The position numbers and the translations under genes were made by a program. 64,000 nucleotides of DNA, from assembly GCA_951406725.2 (NCBI GenBank), contig OX597817.1, positions 166,904,001 through 166,968,000 on the forward strand, given 5' to 3'. Positions 14,665 through 27,329 of the stretch are shown piece by piece; position 1 is the stretch's first letter, and each line of letters opens with the position of its first letter. The stretch comes from Octopus vulgaris. Its lineage: Eukaryota. Under the pieces are notes generated by a model. That model worked only from the letters and a program-made list of their open reading frames with translations. It was not told the origin of the DNA and did no database searches.

Positions 14665-16846
14665 TTAATCCAAACGGGAAAACAGAAAAAACAACAACAC
14701 GTGGAACAATTAAAGTATTATTATTATTAGGCGCTCAGGAAAAATGGAAGAAGGAGGGTATGACGTTTCGAGCGGAGCTCTTCGTCGGAAACATAAGAGA
14801 AGGAAGAAAGAAGAAAGAAGGAAAGATCCCGAAGCGGGCGAACGGAGGGGAAAAAACGCGACTGGTTTTTACGAAGTTAACATGCTGAAAGGCCGGAAGT
14901 TTTGGATAACAAGGGCAAGGTTGGTTTTTAAAGACAAAAGAGCGGAGACAGGAAGGTTGGTAACAAGAATGATGTGTATGTATGTGTGAGTGTGTACGTG
15001 TGCGTGTGTGTATGTGTGTGTGAGGCGAGATAAAAAAATATATAAGTATATGTTAGTGCGTGCGTCTGTATGTAAGTGTGTGTACGTAGGGCGAAAAGTA
15101 GTTGACATAGCAGTCTCAAGTGAGTGGTCAGTGGTAAAAAGGAGGAAGGAGAGAATGGGTGGGGGCGTATGTAACGTGCCAGTGTGTGTGTTGAGTGGTA
15201 GTGTGTGTGTGTCCAGTGTGCGTAGTTGTATGTTTGGCAAGTAAATTTGAAGTGTGTGTAAGTGTAATGTATATATATATGCAAATATGTGTGTGGGAGT
15301 GCGTGGGAGTGGATGTATGTATGTGTGTGTGCGTGTGTGTACAAAAGGGGGGTATTAAGGAAACAAACTGCAACTGAGGGAAAGATGGAAGAGTGCTCCC
15401 ACAGTGACAGGCGTAGGAGAAACCCAAAGACACGCGCCGGCCCCAGATACGAACAGGAGATCTAGTCGGTACCCACGGGCGTGGTGCATGCATGCGTGTA
15501 TGCGTGCGCGAACGCGCACATGCGTGTATGTGCGCGCGCCTGTGAGTGTGTGTGTAAGTATGTGTGTGTGTGGATGTGTGAGTGTGTCTGTGTGTATGTC
15601 TGGGTGTCAGTGTGTCCGATGATTGTATGTAAGTATGTGTGTGTATATGTGTGTGTATAGATGTATGTCCGTGTGTATGTGTGTGTGTATGTGTATGAGT
15701 GTGTATGTATGTACGTGTGTGTGGGTGGAAGTGTGTGTATGTGCATGTGTGTGCGCGTGCATGTATGTGTATGGGTGTATGTATGTGTGTGTGTATGTAT
15801 GTATGTGTACGTGCGTGTGTGTGTGTGTATGCATGTATGCATGTATGCGTAAATGCGTGTAGGTGTGCGCGTGTGCATGCATGCATGTGTGCGTATGTAT
15901 GTGTGTGTGTGTGTGTGTGCATGTGTGTAGGTATATAGGTATGTACGTATATGTGTGTATGTGCGTACATGTGTGTGTGTGTGCATGTGTGTGTATGTAG
16001 GTGTGTAGGCGTGTGTGTATAGGTGTATGTATGTACGTATGTATGGGTGTGTCCGTGTATGTGTGTGTGTGCGCATGTGTGTGTATGTAGGTGTGTAGGC
16101 GTGTGTGTATAGGTGTATGTATGTATGTATGTATGGGTGTGTCCGTGTATGTTTGTGTGTGTGTATGCATGTGTATGTAGGTGTGTGTGTACGTATGTAA
16201 TATATGTATGTATGCGTGTGTGTGCGTGTGTATGCGTGTGTGTATGTAGGTGCTTATGTATGTGTGTGGGAGTGTGTGTGTGTGCGTGTATGTGTGCGTG
16301 TGCATGTATATGTTGGTGTGTGTGTATGTGAGTGTGAGTGTATGGGTGTTTGTCATGCATGTGTGTGCGCGTGCAGGCGAGTGTGTGTGTAAGTATGTGT
16401 GTGTAAGTATGTGTGTGTGTATGTATGTGTGAGTGTGTATGTGTGTATGTCTGTGCGTATGTACGTGCGTATAGGAGTATGTAAGTATGTGTGTGTGTAT
16501 GTGTATGGGTGTATGTATGTATGTATGTGTGTGTGTGCATGTGTGTAAGTATATGTGTGTGTGCGTATGTATGTGTATGTGTATGTGTGTGTGTTTATGT
16601 GTGCGTATGTATGTGTGTATGTGTATGTATGTGTATGTATGTATGGGTGTGTGTCTGTGTGTGTTTGTGTGTGTGTGTAGGTATGTGTGTATGTATGAGT
16701 GAAGGTATGGCTGCGTAGGTGTGTGTGTGTGTGTATGTGTGCGTGTGCGTGTATATGTGTGTGTGTGTGTATGCGTCTGAGTGTGAGTGTATGGGTGTAT
16801 GTCTGTGTGTGTGTATGTCTGTATGTATGTATGTGTGTGTGTGTGC

Positions 16847-16886
<40 letters not shown>

Positions 16887-18940
16887 TGTGTGTATGTGTG
16901 TGTGTGAGTAGGTGTGCGTGTATGTATGTGGGTAGGGATGCATGCGTGTGTGTGGGTATTATGTATACATACGCACGCACACACACGAAACACGCCCACA
17001 CACACGAAGCACGCTCACACACACAACACACAAACAATACAACGCAAGCCTATGGGGCCGACCAACCTCCAGCACGCGCTAGGGCGCGCGGGCCCCCGAA
17101 CAACCCGCTCCACGGGAACCGAGGATCCATCAACCAAAACCAGAAAGCAGAAATGAGGGCGGGCTGCCTGGATGCAAATGGGTGTATGTGTGTGTGCATT
17201 CGTGTAAAGGTGTGCATGTGTAGGTATGTATGTATGTGTGTGTGCATACATGTAACTGTGCATGTGTGTGTGTGTATGTAAGTATAGGTGTGTGAAGTAT
17301 GTATGTGCTATGTGTGTGTGTGTGTGTGTGTATGTATTTGCGTATGTATGTGTGTATGTATGTATGTATGTATGTATGTGTGTGTGTGTGTGTAAGTATG
17401 TATGTGTGTGTGTATGTATGTATGTGTGTATGTATGTGCATGTTGGTTTGTATGTTAGTGTTTGCATGTATGTCTATAAGTATGTGTGATTAAATGTGTG
17501 AATGTATTTACGTAGATGTGTATACGTATGTGTGTGTGTGAACAGGCGTGTGGGAGGTAGGTATGTGTGTGTGTGGGGGGGTGTTTATCCGAAAAAAAAA
17601 AACCTTAAGAGGAGGGGGCTGTGTTAAGTCCGTGTGGGGTAGTGGTTTGTAGGGTGAAGATGTAGCGTTGCTCCAAGTGGAGCCTAGAATGTGGACGACC
17701 ATTGTGGGGGGCGAGACCAAACACTGAGATGTCATCTAGGGAATGGCTGGCCGAGCGGAAGTGGCGTGCGACGGGAGAAAAAGAGTGTAGGCGAACGTCC
17801 CTCAAATGTTCAGTGAATCGGTCGGACAACCGGCGTCCCGTCTGTCCTACATACAGCATCCCGCATAGGTTGCATTTAATGCAGTAAATAAGGCCAGACG
17901 AGGTGCACGTAAAAGAGTGCCTAATACGTACAGTTCGCCGGTTGGAGCCGGTGACAGCAGTGGTGTTGGTGATGAAGGGGCAAGTGTTGCAGCGGGATCT
18001 GTAGCAAGGGAATGATCCGTGTGGGGCTGAGGGGGAAGGAGAGAGAGTGCAGTGGACCAGGAGGTCACGTAGATTCCGGGCTCGTTTGAAGGAGGACAGG
18101 GGTGGGTTAGGGAAAATGGGGCGGGTTGTGGGATGAAGCTGGAGGCGACGGAAGGCACGTAGTATCTTGCGACGAAGAGGTAGAGTAGAGGGGGGAAAGG
18201 AGGGGGAAGGGGGTGCGGTTGGGGGTGGGTGGGGGTAAGTAGACAGGGCGGTGGTGCGGTCGATGCGACGGGCGCGGGTGAGGGCATTAGAGATGAGTAT
18301 GGGTGGGTAACCTCGGAGTCTGAACAGGCGGGCCAGGTATTGAGATTGGGTCTCGAAATCCTGGTCGCGGCTGCACAAACGTCGGAGGCGGAGGAACTGG
18401 GAGTAGGGGATGGCTCGTTTGGTGTGGAAGGGGTGGGAGGAGGAGAAGTTGAGATAGAGGTGGGAATCCGTAGGTTTAAAGAAGGCGGTGGTGGTGTGAG
18501 AGTTGGAGGGGTGGTCGATTCGGAGAGAGATGTCAAGGAAGTTGACAGAGGTGTTGGAGATGGTTGAGGTGAATTGTAGGGAGGGGTGAAAGTTGGAAAG
18601 GAAAGAGATGAATTGGCAGAGAAGTTCACGGGAAAGGGAGGTGGCACTTATGCAGTCGTCTATATAGCGACCGTATAGTTCGGGGGTCGGCCCAGAGAAC
18701 TGGGAGAATACTTGGGCCTCAATGTAGCCAAGAAAGAGATTGGCGGAATTGGGGCCCATCCTAGTTCCCATCGCGACCCCGGACACCTGTTGGTACGTTT
18801 CCCCGGCGAACGTGAAACAGTTGAGGGTGAGGACGAGCTCAGCCAGGCGGAGAAGGTGGGGGTGCTAGGGGTGGGGTCAGGACGACGGTCGAGGAAGTGT
18901 TGGAGGGCTAGGAGACCGTCATTGTGGGGAATCACTGTAT
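14662..18940 (-). mobile_element. Penelope-like retroelement 1 (5' truncated): RT + GIY-YIG, long (CA)-rich 3' region, terminal pLTR with a degenerate hammerhead
   Basis: Coding region 17605-18935; terminal segment 14662-14860 is homologous to solo copies at 33955 and 50987; (TA)n at both ends. Linking the terminus to the ORF is inferred. Confidence 0.75.
17605..18935 (-). pseudogene. Penelope RT C-terminal half + GIY-YIG endonuclease (frameshifted)
   Basis: GVAMGTRMGPNSANLFLG, RYIDD, KPTDSHLYLNFSSSHP, CxxxRCxTC, GLIYCIKC..YVGQTGRRLSDRFTEH, PHGLN. Confidence 0.93.
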
Positions 18941-18995
18941 ATATATATATATAAGTATCTGAAAGAATGGAGTTGAACGACTAGTTATCAAATAT

Positions 18996-19090
18996 CCTTT
19001 ATTCTCGACATATGTTTCGAAGGCTGCATATTCCTAATTCCGAAGGAATAAGGAGTACATTATGCAGATTTCTCTTCAAGAAAATCAAGG
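18996..19090 (-). ncRNA. Hammerhead copy in the other pLTR with a core C3>U change (TTGAAGA)
   Basis: Reverse complement of 21286-21380 with a few substitutions. Confidence 0.7.
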
Positions 19091-19648
19091 AAACTTAAGT
19101 CGACATCAAAATGCACAAAAAACTTTTAGCTGACCGCTCTCAAGGAGCCCATCGCGATAATGAGTGTCTCTTTATAATGAGTGACGTCAGAGTGGCTGAA
19201 TGTAGAAGAATCTAGAAGTTTCTAAAGGTTCAAGAGTTCAAACGAAGTAGGAGGAGGGAGGCATAAGAATAGTAAGGTGAGAGAGTGCAGGTCAAAAGAA
19301 TGGTGGCTTTAAATGATTTCTTTTGTGAATGAGTGCCTGTGTGTGTGACTGTATATAATTGTCTTAATGTGTGTATGTGTGTGTCTGAATGCGTAATTGT
19401 GTTTGTGGATGGGTAGAAGTCAGAAAACTGACAGCTGTGAGTTGAAAGGTCTGTATCTGTGTGTTCGATTATGTTTACTGTAGGGAAAGGAAAGTAGATA
19501 GCGAAAGGGAGAACGAATCGGGCGAGGTGAGAGGCAACGCAAGAATGGATAGTAGTAATTGGGAATATAAGAAAATCTTTTTTGACTATTGGGGTGAAAT
19601 ATAGCTAAAAAAATTCGGGGGAATTCGAGGGGTTATCTATATTAGTCA

Positions 19649-20816
19649 CTATTTATATGAATGAAAGGTGTGTCTTTTCCAGTGTAAGCACCTGTAGGAT
19701 CTTTCGACGATCGTGTTTATTAAAGGGCCTTTGGCGAACAAAATATGAAAAAGTTCGGAATTACAGATGCCACAAAATTTTCTGCCTTTATCAAACGGGA
19801 AGGACACCGACAAAATGGACCATTCGAGCTTGAACGTAGTGTTATTGTTCTTCAGACGCCATACTAATTTGCTTAGCCCCGTGCTGTGTTGCTTTCTCTT
19901 ATCTCTGAAAGTGGAATAATGGTTGGAGACTTTTTGGGCTAATTTAGAAGAGGTTGCGCCAATATAGAAGTAGACATCGGTTCCAGAAGAGATTTTGCAT
20001 TGGTAAGTGGTGTTTCTAATTTTGGAATTTTTGGATAAGAACTTTAATCTGTTGGGGTTGGTGGTTTCCGATACTAACACAGAGTTTTTATTATTGTGAT
20101 AGGTGTAAAAATTGTTGCTGGTTTTGGCTACGATACTATTCATCTTTAGTAATTATCATTACTATTAGTTATAATATCGTCGGCAAATTCCCTGGCTATA
20201 GGAATGCTGCGATTGTTATCATCAATAATATAACTGTTATTAAGAATGCTGGTACTATTACCACTAACACCACCACTGTTAATAATCTGGCTAATGTTAT
20301 TATCATTATAACTATTGCTAACGCTAATGCTGCTATGAATGTTGCTAATATTCATACTACTTCTATTATTATTATTATTGTATGTTACGTTGGAATGGGT
20401 AAGGGCGGTGTCGCTACTCATGGGTGGAGAGACCCTATTTAGCAGCTTATTATTGTGGGAAGCTATTATCTGCGAAAGATTTTTAGTATTTGAGAATGCT
20501 ATTCTTACTTTATGCGAATTTATAGTGGAGTAGTATCTAGAATTCCTAGGAAAATTCTTAGTAACGGCTTCACGGAATTGTAAAGGGAGATTAGACCTGA
20601 TTTGTCTCCCGAAAGGAATCACAAACCAGATATAGTTTTTTTTTTGTTCTTGGAATGGCTGAGAGTGTTGACATTTACATTAAAGGGTATCTTTCTGTGT
20701 TGTAGAATGGGTTTTGGTTTACGCTGGCCTCCCCTGGTCCGTAAGTTATTATTGTAAAATATATTTGTGTCGACGTTGCTAGAGCTGAAATCACTATTTA
20801 TGTTATCATATATCAT
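19649..20816 (-). pseudogene. Penelope C-terminal linker + GIY-YIG endonuclease remnant
   Basis: KVRIAFSNTKNLSQIIASHNNKLL; TYQC..FYIGAT..NHYSTF..STGLSKLVWRLK..EWSIL..CGICNSE..RCLH; contains stops and frameshifts. Confidence 0.82.
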
Positions 20817-21285
20817 ATATCGATCCGGCCCATCCTAAACTAATATCTGCCCATCAAGATAAGATAACTTCTAATAATAATATAAATAACATAAATAGTG
20901 ATTTCAGCTCTAGCAACAGATACAGACCTTTCAACTCACAGCTGTCAGTTTTCTGACTTCTACCCATCCACAAACACAATTACGCATTCAGACACACACA
21001 TACACACATTAAGACAATTATATACAGTCACACACACAGGCACTCATTCACAAAAGAAATCATTTAAAGCCACCATTCTTTTGACCTGCACTCTCTCACC
21101 TTAGTATTCTTATGCCTCCCTCCTCCTACTTCGTTTGAACTCTTGAACCTTTAGAAACTTCTAGATTCTTCTACATTCAGCCACTCTGACGTCACTCATT
21201 ATAAAGAGACACTCATTATCGCCATGGGCTCCTTGAGAGCGGTCAGCTAAAAGTTTTTTGTGCATTTTGATGTCGACTTAAGTTT

Positions 21286-21380
21286 CCTTGATTTTCCTGA
21301 AGAGAAATCTGCATAATATACTCCTTATTCCTTCGGAATTTGGAATATGCAGCCTTCGAAACATATGTCGAGAATAAAGG
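21286..21380 (+). ncRNA. Hammerhead ribozyme in a Penelope pLTR
   Basis: ccttgattttc CTGAAGA gaa..ctgcata...tatgcag..ttc GAAA C ATAT GTC gagaataaagg; cleavage after GUC (21369). Confidence 0.85.
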
Positions 21381-21591
21381 ATATTTGTTAACTAGTCGTT
21401 CAACTCCATTCTTTCAGATACTTATAATTTCAAAATAAACATACAAATTTCCGCACGAAGACGCGTAGTCTATGCCCTAGCGACGTAGCTTCAACGGTGT
21501 TCTTTCTGATGTGAATTTGCTACCCAGGTATCGGTTATCTTTCGAATTATCCTTAATAAGATAATTCATTCAATTACTCAAATATATATAT

Positions 21592-21646
<55 letters not shown>

Positions 21647-21904
21647 GTGTGTATGTTCATGGGGAGGATGTTTATTCCTTTCCGTTGCAGCGATTTTCAG
21701 AATCGTTAGCGTACTGGACAAACACACTCTTTCCCTTTATACACAGACAGACAGATAGATAGACAGACAGATAGATAAATAAATAGATACATACATAGAT
21801 ACATACATACACACATACATACATACATACATACATACATACATACATACATACATACATACATAGGCAGACAGGCAAGCAGGCAGGCAGATAGACGGAC
21901 AGAC

Positions 21905-22005
<101 letters not shown>

Positions 22006-22289
22006 TGTTTCTTTATTAGCCACACAGGGCTGAACACAGACGGGACAAATTACAAAGTAGAGCTTTTCTTTTGGGGGAGAAAGACGAAAAAGTGGGGTAG
22101 GTTTTCTATCAAAAGGGATCGTAAAAAAAAAGACGATTAATAGGGATCGTGTATCACAGAAATGTCATGATGTAAAGTGTAAAGGGGGAAACAGATAAGG
22201 TTTATCCGTGGAAAGAAAAGCCTACGGTAACCTCGGTCAATAATTTCACATGTTAACACATTTATTTGCAAGTAAGTAACTCTCTGTTT

Positions 22290-22379
<90 letters not shown>

Positions 22380-23078
22380 TAAATTGATATTACTTGGGTG
22401 ATATCATAACGTCCTTAACAAAGTTCCTTGACGAGTATTTGCTACATTATTATATAGATACGTTTAGATATATCTATGTATATCTTTAATTAGGTTTGTA
22501 TAAACACAGGAACTTATTAATACGCAGATATGTATACATATGTGTGTGCATATATGTGTGTATGCACACACATGCACACGCAATTACGCACTAAGAAAAG
22601 CATGCATATGAAAGTTGATAAACGTATGTTGTTATGCAATGTCCATTCATCTTCATACAAAACCTTCTTCTATCCATCTATCTTTCCTTCTTCAAGCGTA
22701 GGCTCGAAACGTCAAAAACTCTTCCATTTTTCCTGAGTGTCAAAATAATACACCCTGTTTCTTATTCTCTTACCTGTCCTGTCTTTTGTCTATTTTGTTT
22801 GTTAATTACACGTTCCATGCATTTACGATGACCAGAAGCATCTGTGAAATTCGGGCTGAACAAGCACCATGGGATATTTCAATTCGAAATCACCGTTTAT
22901 CGGTTATATCAATAGTCTGCATCTTTTGCTTTCGACAAAGACAAAAACACTTATGCACACACACTGATAAACACACACGCACACACAGACAGTCACACAC
23001 ACAGACACACAGGCATACACACACACCCACATGTATACATATGATTGTGTAGATGCTTTTATATGTATATATATATAT

Positions 23079-23354
23079 CACGTGATCACGTGACCGACCA
23101 GACCATCAGATGTTGCTACACATCGCTGGTCACAATGCGCTTCGCATTGTTTTAGCCTTCGAATGACGCCACCCCGCTGACTAAGCGAGCAGGCCAACAG
23201 AAGAAAGAGTGGCGAAAGAGTACAGCAGGGATCACCACACCCTGCTGGAGCCTCGTGGAGCTTTTAGGTGTTTTCGCTCAATAAACACTCACAACACCCG
23301 GTCTGAGAATCGAAACCGCAAGTCCGCTGCCCTAACCATTGGGTCATTGAGCCT

Positions 23355-23357
<3 letters not shown>
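23079..23357 (-). mobile_element. tRNA-derived SINE (tggaggcgcaatggcccagtggttagggc family)
   Basis: Head homologous to 29361 and 55334. Confidence 0.75.
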
Positions 23358-23442
<85 letters not shown>

Positions 23443-23787
23443 CACAGTGTACGTACGCCGCTATATATATATATAATACAAAATGGGATAAGAACGCAAA
23501 ACATCCGGACAACTAGGTGATACAAAAAGGGACAACAAAACATCCAGATAGACGATACAAAAACAAAAAAAAACAAGGACGGGTCATTCGAAGCTTTCTA
23601 TCCTCAGTCAAGAACCGGATCATCCTCGCAATTTCGGCTGATTAATCTTGAGATTGCTCCAATCTGGCCAGCCCCAAGGAAAAACTAAGCTAAGAGCATT
23701 AGATTCCTTTGAGGAAAGGAGGGAAAACAAGGACGAAAACAAGGACGGAAAAACAGACGATGTTACACAAATATAAATACAAAATAC

Positions 23788-23841
<54 letters not shown>

Positions 23842-23842
<1 letters not shown>

Positions 23843-24180
23843 GCTAAGTAGTTAGAGCGTCGAGCTTACGATCGTGAGGTTGTGAGCTCGAATCCCGGAC
23901 CGGGCTGCGTGTTGTGTTCTTGAGCAAGGCACTTTATTTCACGTTGCTCCAGTTCACTCAGCTGTAGAAATGAGTTGCGACGTCACTGGTGCCAAGCTGT
24001 ATCCACCTTTGTCTTTCCCTTGGATAACACTGGTGGCGTGGAGAGGGGAGGCTGGTATGCATGGGCGACTGCTGGTCTTCCATAAACAACCTTGCCCAGA
24101 CTTGTGTCTAGGAGGGTAACTTTCTAGGTGCAATCCCATGGTCATTCATGACCGAAGGGGGTCTTTACCCTTTTACCCTT
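23842..24180 (+). mobile_element. tRNA-derived SINE
   Basis: A/B-box-like head (ggctaagtagttagagcg...ctcgaatccc), ttgagcaaggcact core, ttttaccc tandem tail. Confidence 0.7.
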
Positions 24181-24654
24181 TAATAACATGACAAAACAAC
24201 AGGTGTCTTTCGACTGGGGACGAATTGAATTCAGTTGACTTTATTTTCTAAAGTCGCGAAAATACATACCGTTTATATGCGAGTGATTGATCTAATTAGC
24301 TAGACACCCTATCTCCACCCTTCATATTTGTTGCGTTTTGTCTGTGTTAGATCTCAAAAATGAATACGAATAAATATAAGTGGGTGTGTTGACGTAAATC
24401 TATTTGTAGAATTTGATGTAAATGAACAGTGGAGAAGTTTGCCTACAACAGCTTTTTTTACAATATAATTGGAATGAAATTGTCATTGGCATTATTCTTT
24501 AAAATTCAGAGGCGCCATCTGCTAATGGTATGAATTGGTGACTTATGATACTTTTGTCTCGTTTCATAATTATTTCTAATTAGCATTTCTTTAATGCTAC
24601 CAACATTAAATGCATAAATAATGTTAGCATAATATTTTAATTTCTAACTTAATA

Positions 24655-24903
24655 AATGCGCCCTTTTAAAGCCTAGCCAGTCTCATGGGCCCGGTTCCCC
24701 GGTTTCAATTGCGTATGTGTACCCCAGCTGGACGGGACGCCAGTCCATCACAGTGTTACTCATTTTTGCCAGCTGGGTGGACTGGAGCAACGTGAAATGA
24801 AGTGTTTTGCTCAAGAACACAACGCGTCGCCCAGTCCAGGAATCGATACCACAATCTTACGATCATGATACTGACACCCTAACCACTAAGCCACGCGCCT
24901 CCA
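24655..24903 (-). mobile_element. tRNA-derived SINE
   Basis: Reverse strand reads ggaggcgcgtggcttagtggttagggtg...atcgattcct. Confidence 0.7.
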
Positions 24904-25426
24904 CCAATTTCTAACTTAATTGCTCGTTTTTCATGTTAATTGGCCTTCTGAACTATTTATTCCCTAATAAGCATTATTTTCCTTCTTCAACAAATCCTAT
25001 ACATTCACCTAATAACTATTTCGTCGCTGCTTCCACAATTCCGATAGAGGTTGCACTTTACTGATGAGGTCAGAATAAGAGTGCAATATATCCGAAGTTA
25101 TCTCACGTACTTGCCGAAAAATGAAAATGATATATTAGTCACTAATATTTTTTTTATTTCGCTTGTTTCTTTTTTCCCTCATCACATATTTAAAATTAAT
25201 TAATTTTTCTTTTAATGTTCGGTGTAATACATTTATTCTTCTATAATTAATGTCATTGCCACTTTGATATGGAAATAAATATATAATGTTATATCAACGA
25301 TAAATATAAAGGCGTTTGTTTCTGAAGAGGGTGGACTAGACTTTTGTGTCTTATGGGGCTAATATAACGCTTCTAACGGTGAAATTTGCTTGTCATCGTT
25401 GGTCATTTTGTTTTTATATTTGTATG

Positions 25427-25485
<59 letters not shown>

Positions 25486-25677
25486 TACTATTAAAAGGGA
25501 TGTAGCTTTTTTCTCTACAGAAAAAAACTCCAAACTCCATCAGGAATTGTGGCAGTATATTAAAAGAACCTTTACGGTTAAAATTATAAATATCTCCAGT
25601 TCAACTTTCTGTAGCACGTAGATTAAACGTGGATTTCAGTATATTGGCTTTAGAAAACTTTCTTTAGCCATTGCTTA

Positions 25678-25721
<44 letters not shown>

Positions 25722-25745
25722 CAAAATATAACATGGAGGTAGGGA

Positions 25746-25793
<48 letters not shown>

Positions 25794-26059
25794 CATGTGT
25801 TACAAATAATGCCGAACGAAAATTACAAGGCAAGAAATATAATTTACATGATCAAAATTTAAATGTTTCGAAGAAAACCGAAAACAAATATTAACAGTCA
25901 AAGAACAGTTCCTAACAATACTATTACTATTTATGAATTACTAAACCCAGAGATTTTGGCCTATAATCAACAAGGACCTTATTCTTCCGTAACAAGTGTA
26001 GACTAGGCACCGATAACGACCATCACGCTGACCTGATTGTCTGGATATAGAAGATTGAT

Positions 26060-26590
26060 ATTATTTTTTTCCCTTCATAGACTGGCCCTTGATCGGGCGG
26101 ACCTATAGATGAAAGTCTCTCCATCCGTGTCAATTTCATATATTTTCAATGCAGTATATCTAGTACTACATTATCCAATGCAAACTTATTTATTTTTAAA
26201 TGACTAAGTGTGATTTGGGGAGATTCTGCTGCTATTTTATTTTTTTCCCTTCATAGACTGGCCCTTGATCGGGCGGACCTATAGATGAAAGTCTCTCCAT
26301 CCGTGTCAATTTCATATATTTTCAATGCAGTATATCTAGTACTACATTATCCAATGCAAACTTATTTATTTTTAAATGACTAAGTGTGATTTGGGAATTC
26401 TGCTGCTATTTTATTTTTTCCCTTCATAGACTGGCCCTTGATCGGGCGGACCTATAGATGAAAGTCTCTCCATCCGTGTCAATTTCATATATTTTCAATG
26501 CAGTATATCTAGTACTACATTATCCAATGCAAACTTATTTATTTTTAAATGACTAAGTGTGATTTGGGGAGTTTCTGTTGCTATTTCTAG
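26060..26590. repeat. Three near-identical ~175-bp tandem direct repeats
   Basis: cccttcatagactggcccttgatcgggcgg at 26071, 26247 and 26420. Confidence 0.9.
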
Positions 26591-27329
26591 CAGGTCGAGT
26601 TACCTTAAAGGGGCCACCCTTCCCACATTGGTACGGTAAGAGATTATGGAAGACTGCAAACACATGGAATTGATTTTCTTTCAGAATTAATCTTTTAATG
26701 GAAACTTCGACGAAAACCCTCTCAAGGATAATCCACAACGGCGCAAGAAGGAAAGATGTTTATTTGTAAACCTATCCTGAAGTGATGCCAGTTTATCTGT
26801 GAGTTCAACAACACGGAGTTGTTTTCTTTTGTTCAGTGGACTTCTTTCCCAACCGCTTGTTGTTGCCTTCTTGTATTATTCTACGAAGGTGGCATCAAAG
26901 GGTCAGGAAAGGGAACCTTATTCTGCAACAAACACAAGACCTTACAATGTACAATACATAAAGATTTACCACAAGATTTACTACGAGATTTACAATGATA
27001 ATTCAAATGGAATTAGCACAGAAGTCTACGAACTGATGTCCGTCAATATTTATAAAGAGATCACTAGATTATAAATCAGTATGTTTTTTTAACAATTCTT
27101 TGTAACTTTGATACAAGGCTAGAAATTTTGAGGGGAGGGGTTCAAATCGAATATATCGTCTCTAGTACTTGGCTGATATTTTATTTTAACGACACCGAAA
27201 GTATGGAAGGCAAAGTCTATTTCGGTGATATTTGAACTCAGAACATAAATCCGGTAGAAATGCCGTTAAGCATTTTCACTGACGTGAAGACGAGTCTGCC
27301 AGCCCACCCACATAACATTTTTGTTAATT

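Larger units (their letters stand above)
18950..21580 (-). mobile_element. Penelope-like retroelement 2 (5' truncated) with ~510-bp inverted pLTRs
   Basis: 18950-19460 is the reverse complement of 20916-21426; GIY-YIG remnant between them; each pLTR carries a hammerhead; flanked by (TA)n. Confidence 0.88.

Noticed and set aside
15128-17493. 470-aa HT-repeat and CV-repeat ORFs
   Set aside because: Translations of (CA)/(TG) microsatellite
23580-23690. Hammerhead-like words on the - strand (CTGAGGA-ta-GAAAGCTTC; ggctg..cagcc-GAAA)
   Set aside because: No stem II in the first and no CUGANGA core in the second; possibly a degenerate pLTR but unsupported
25050-25110. CTGATGA inside a ttgcact/agtgcaa hairpin
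   Set aside because: No proper stem II-GAAA-NUH arrangement
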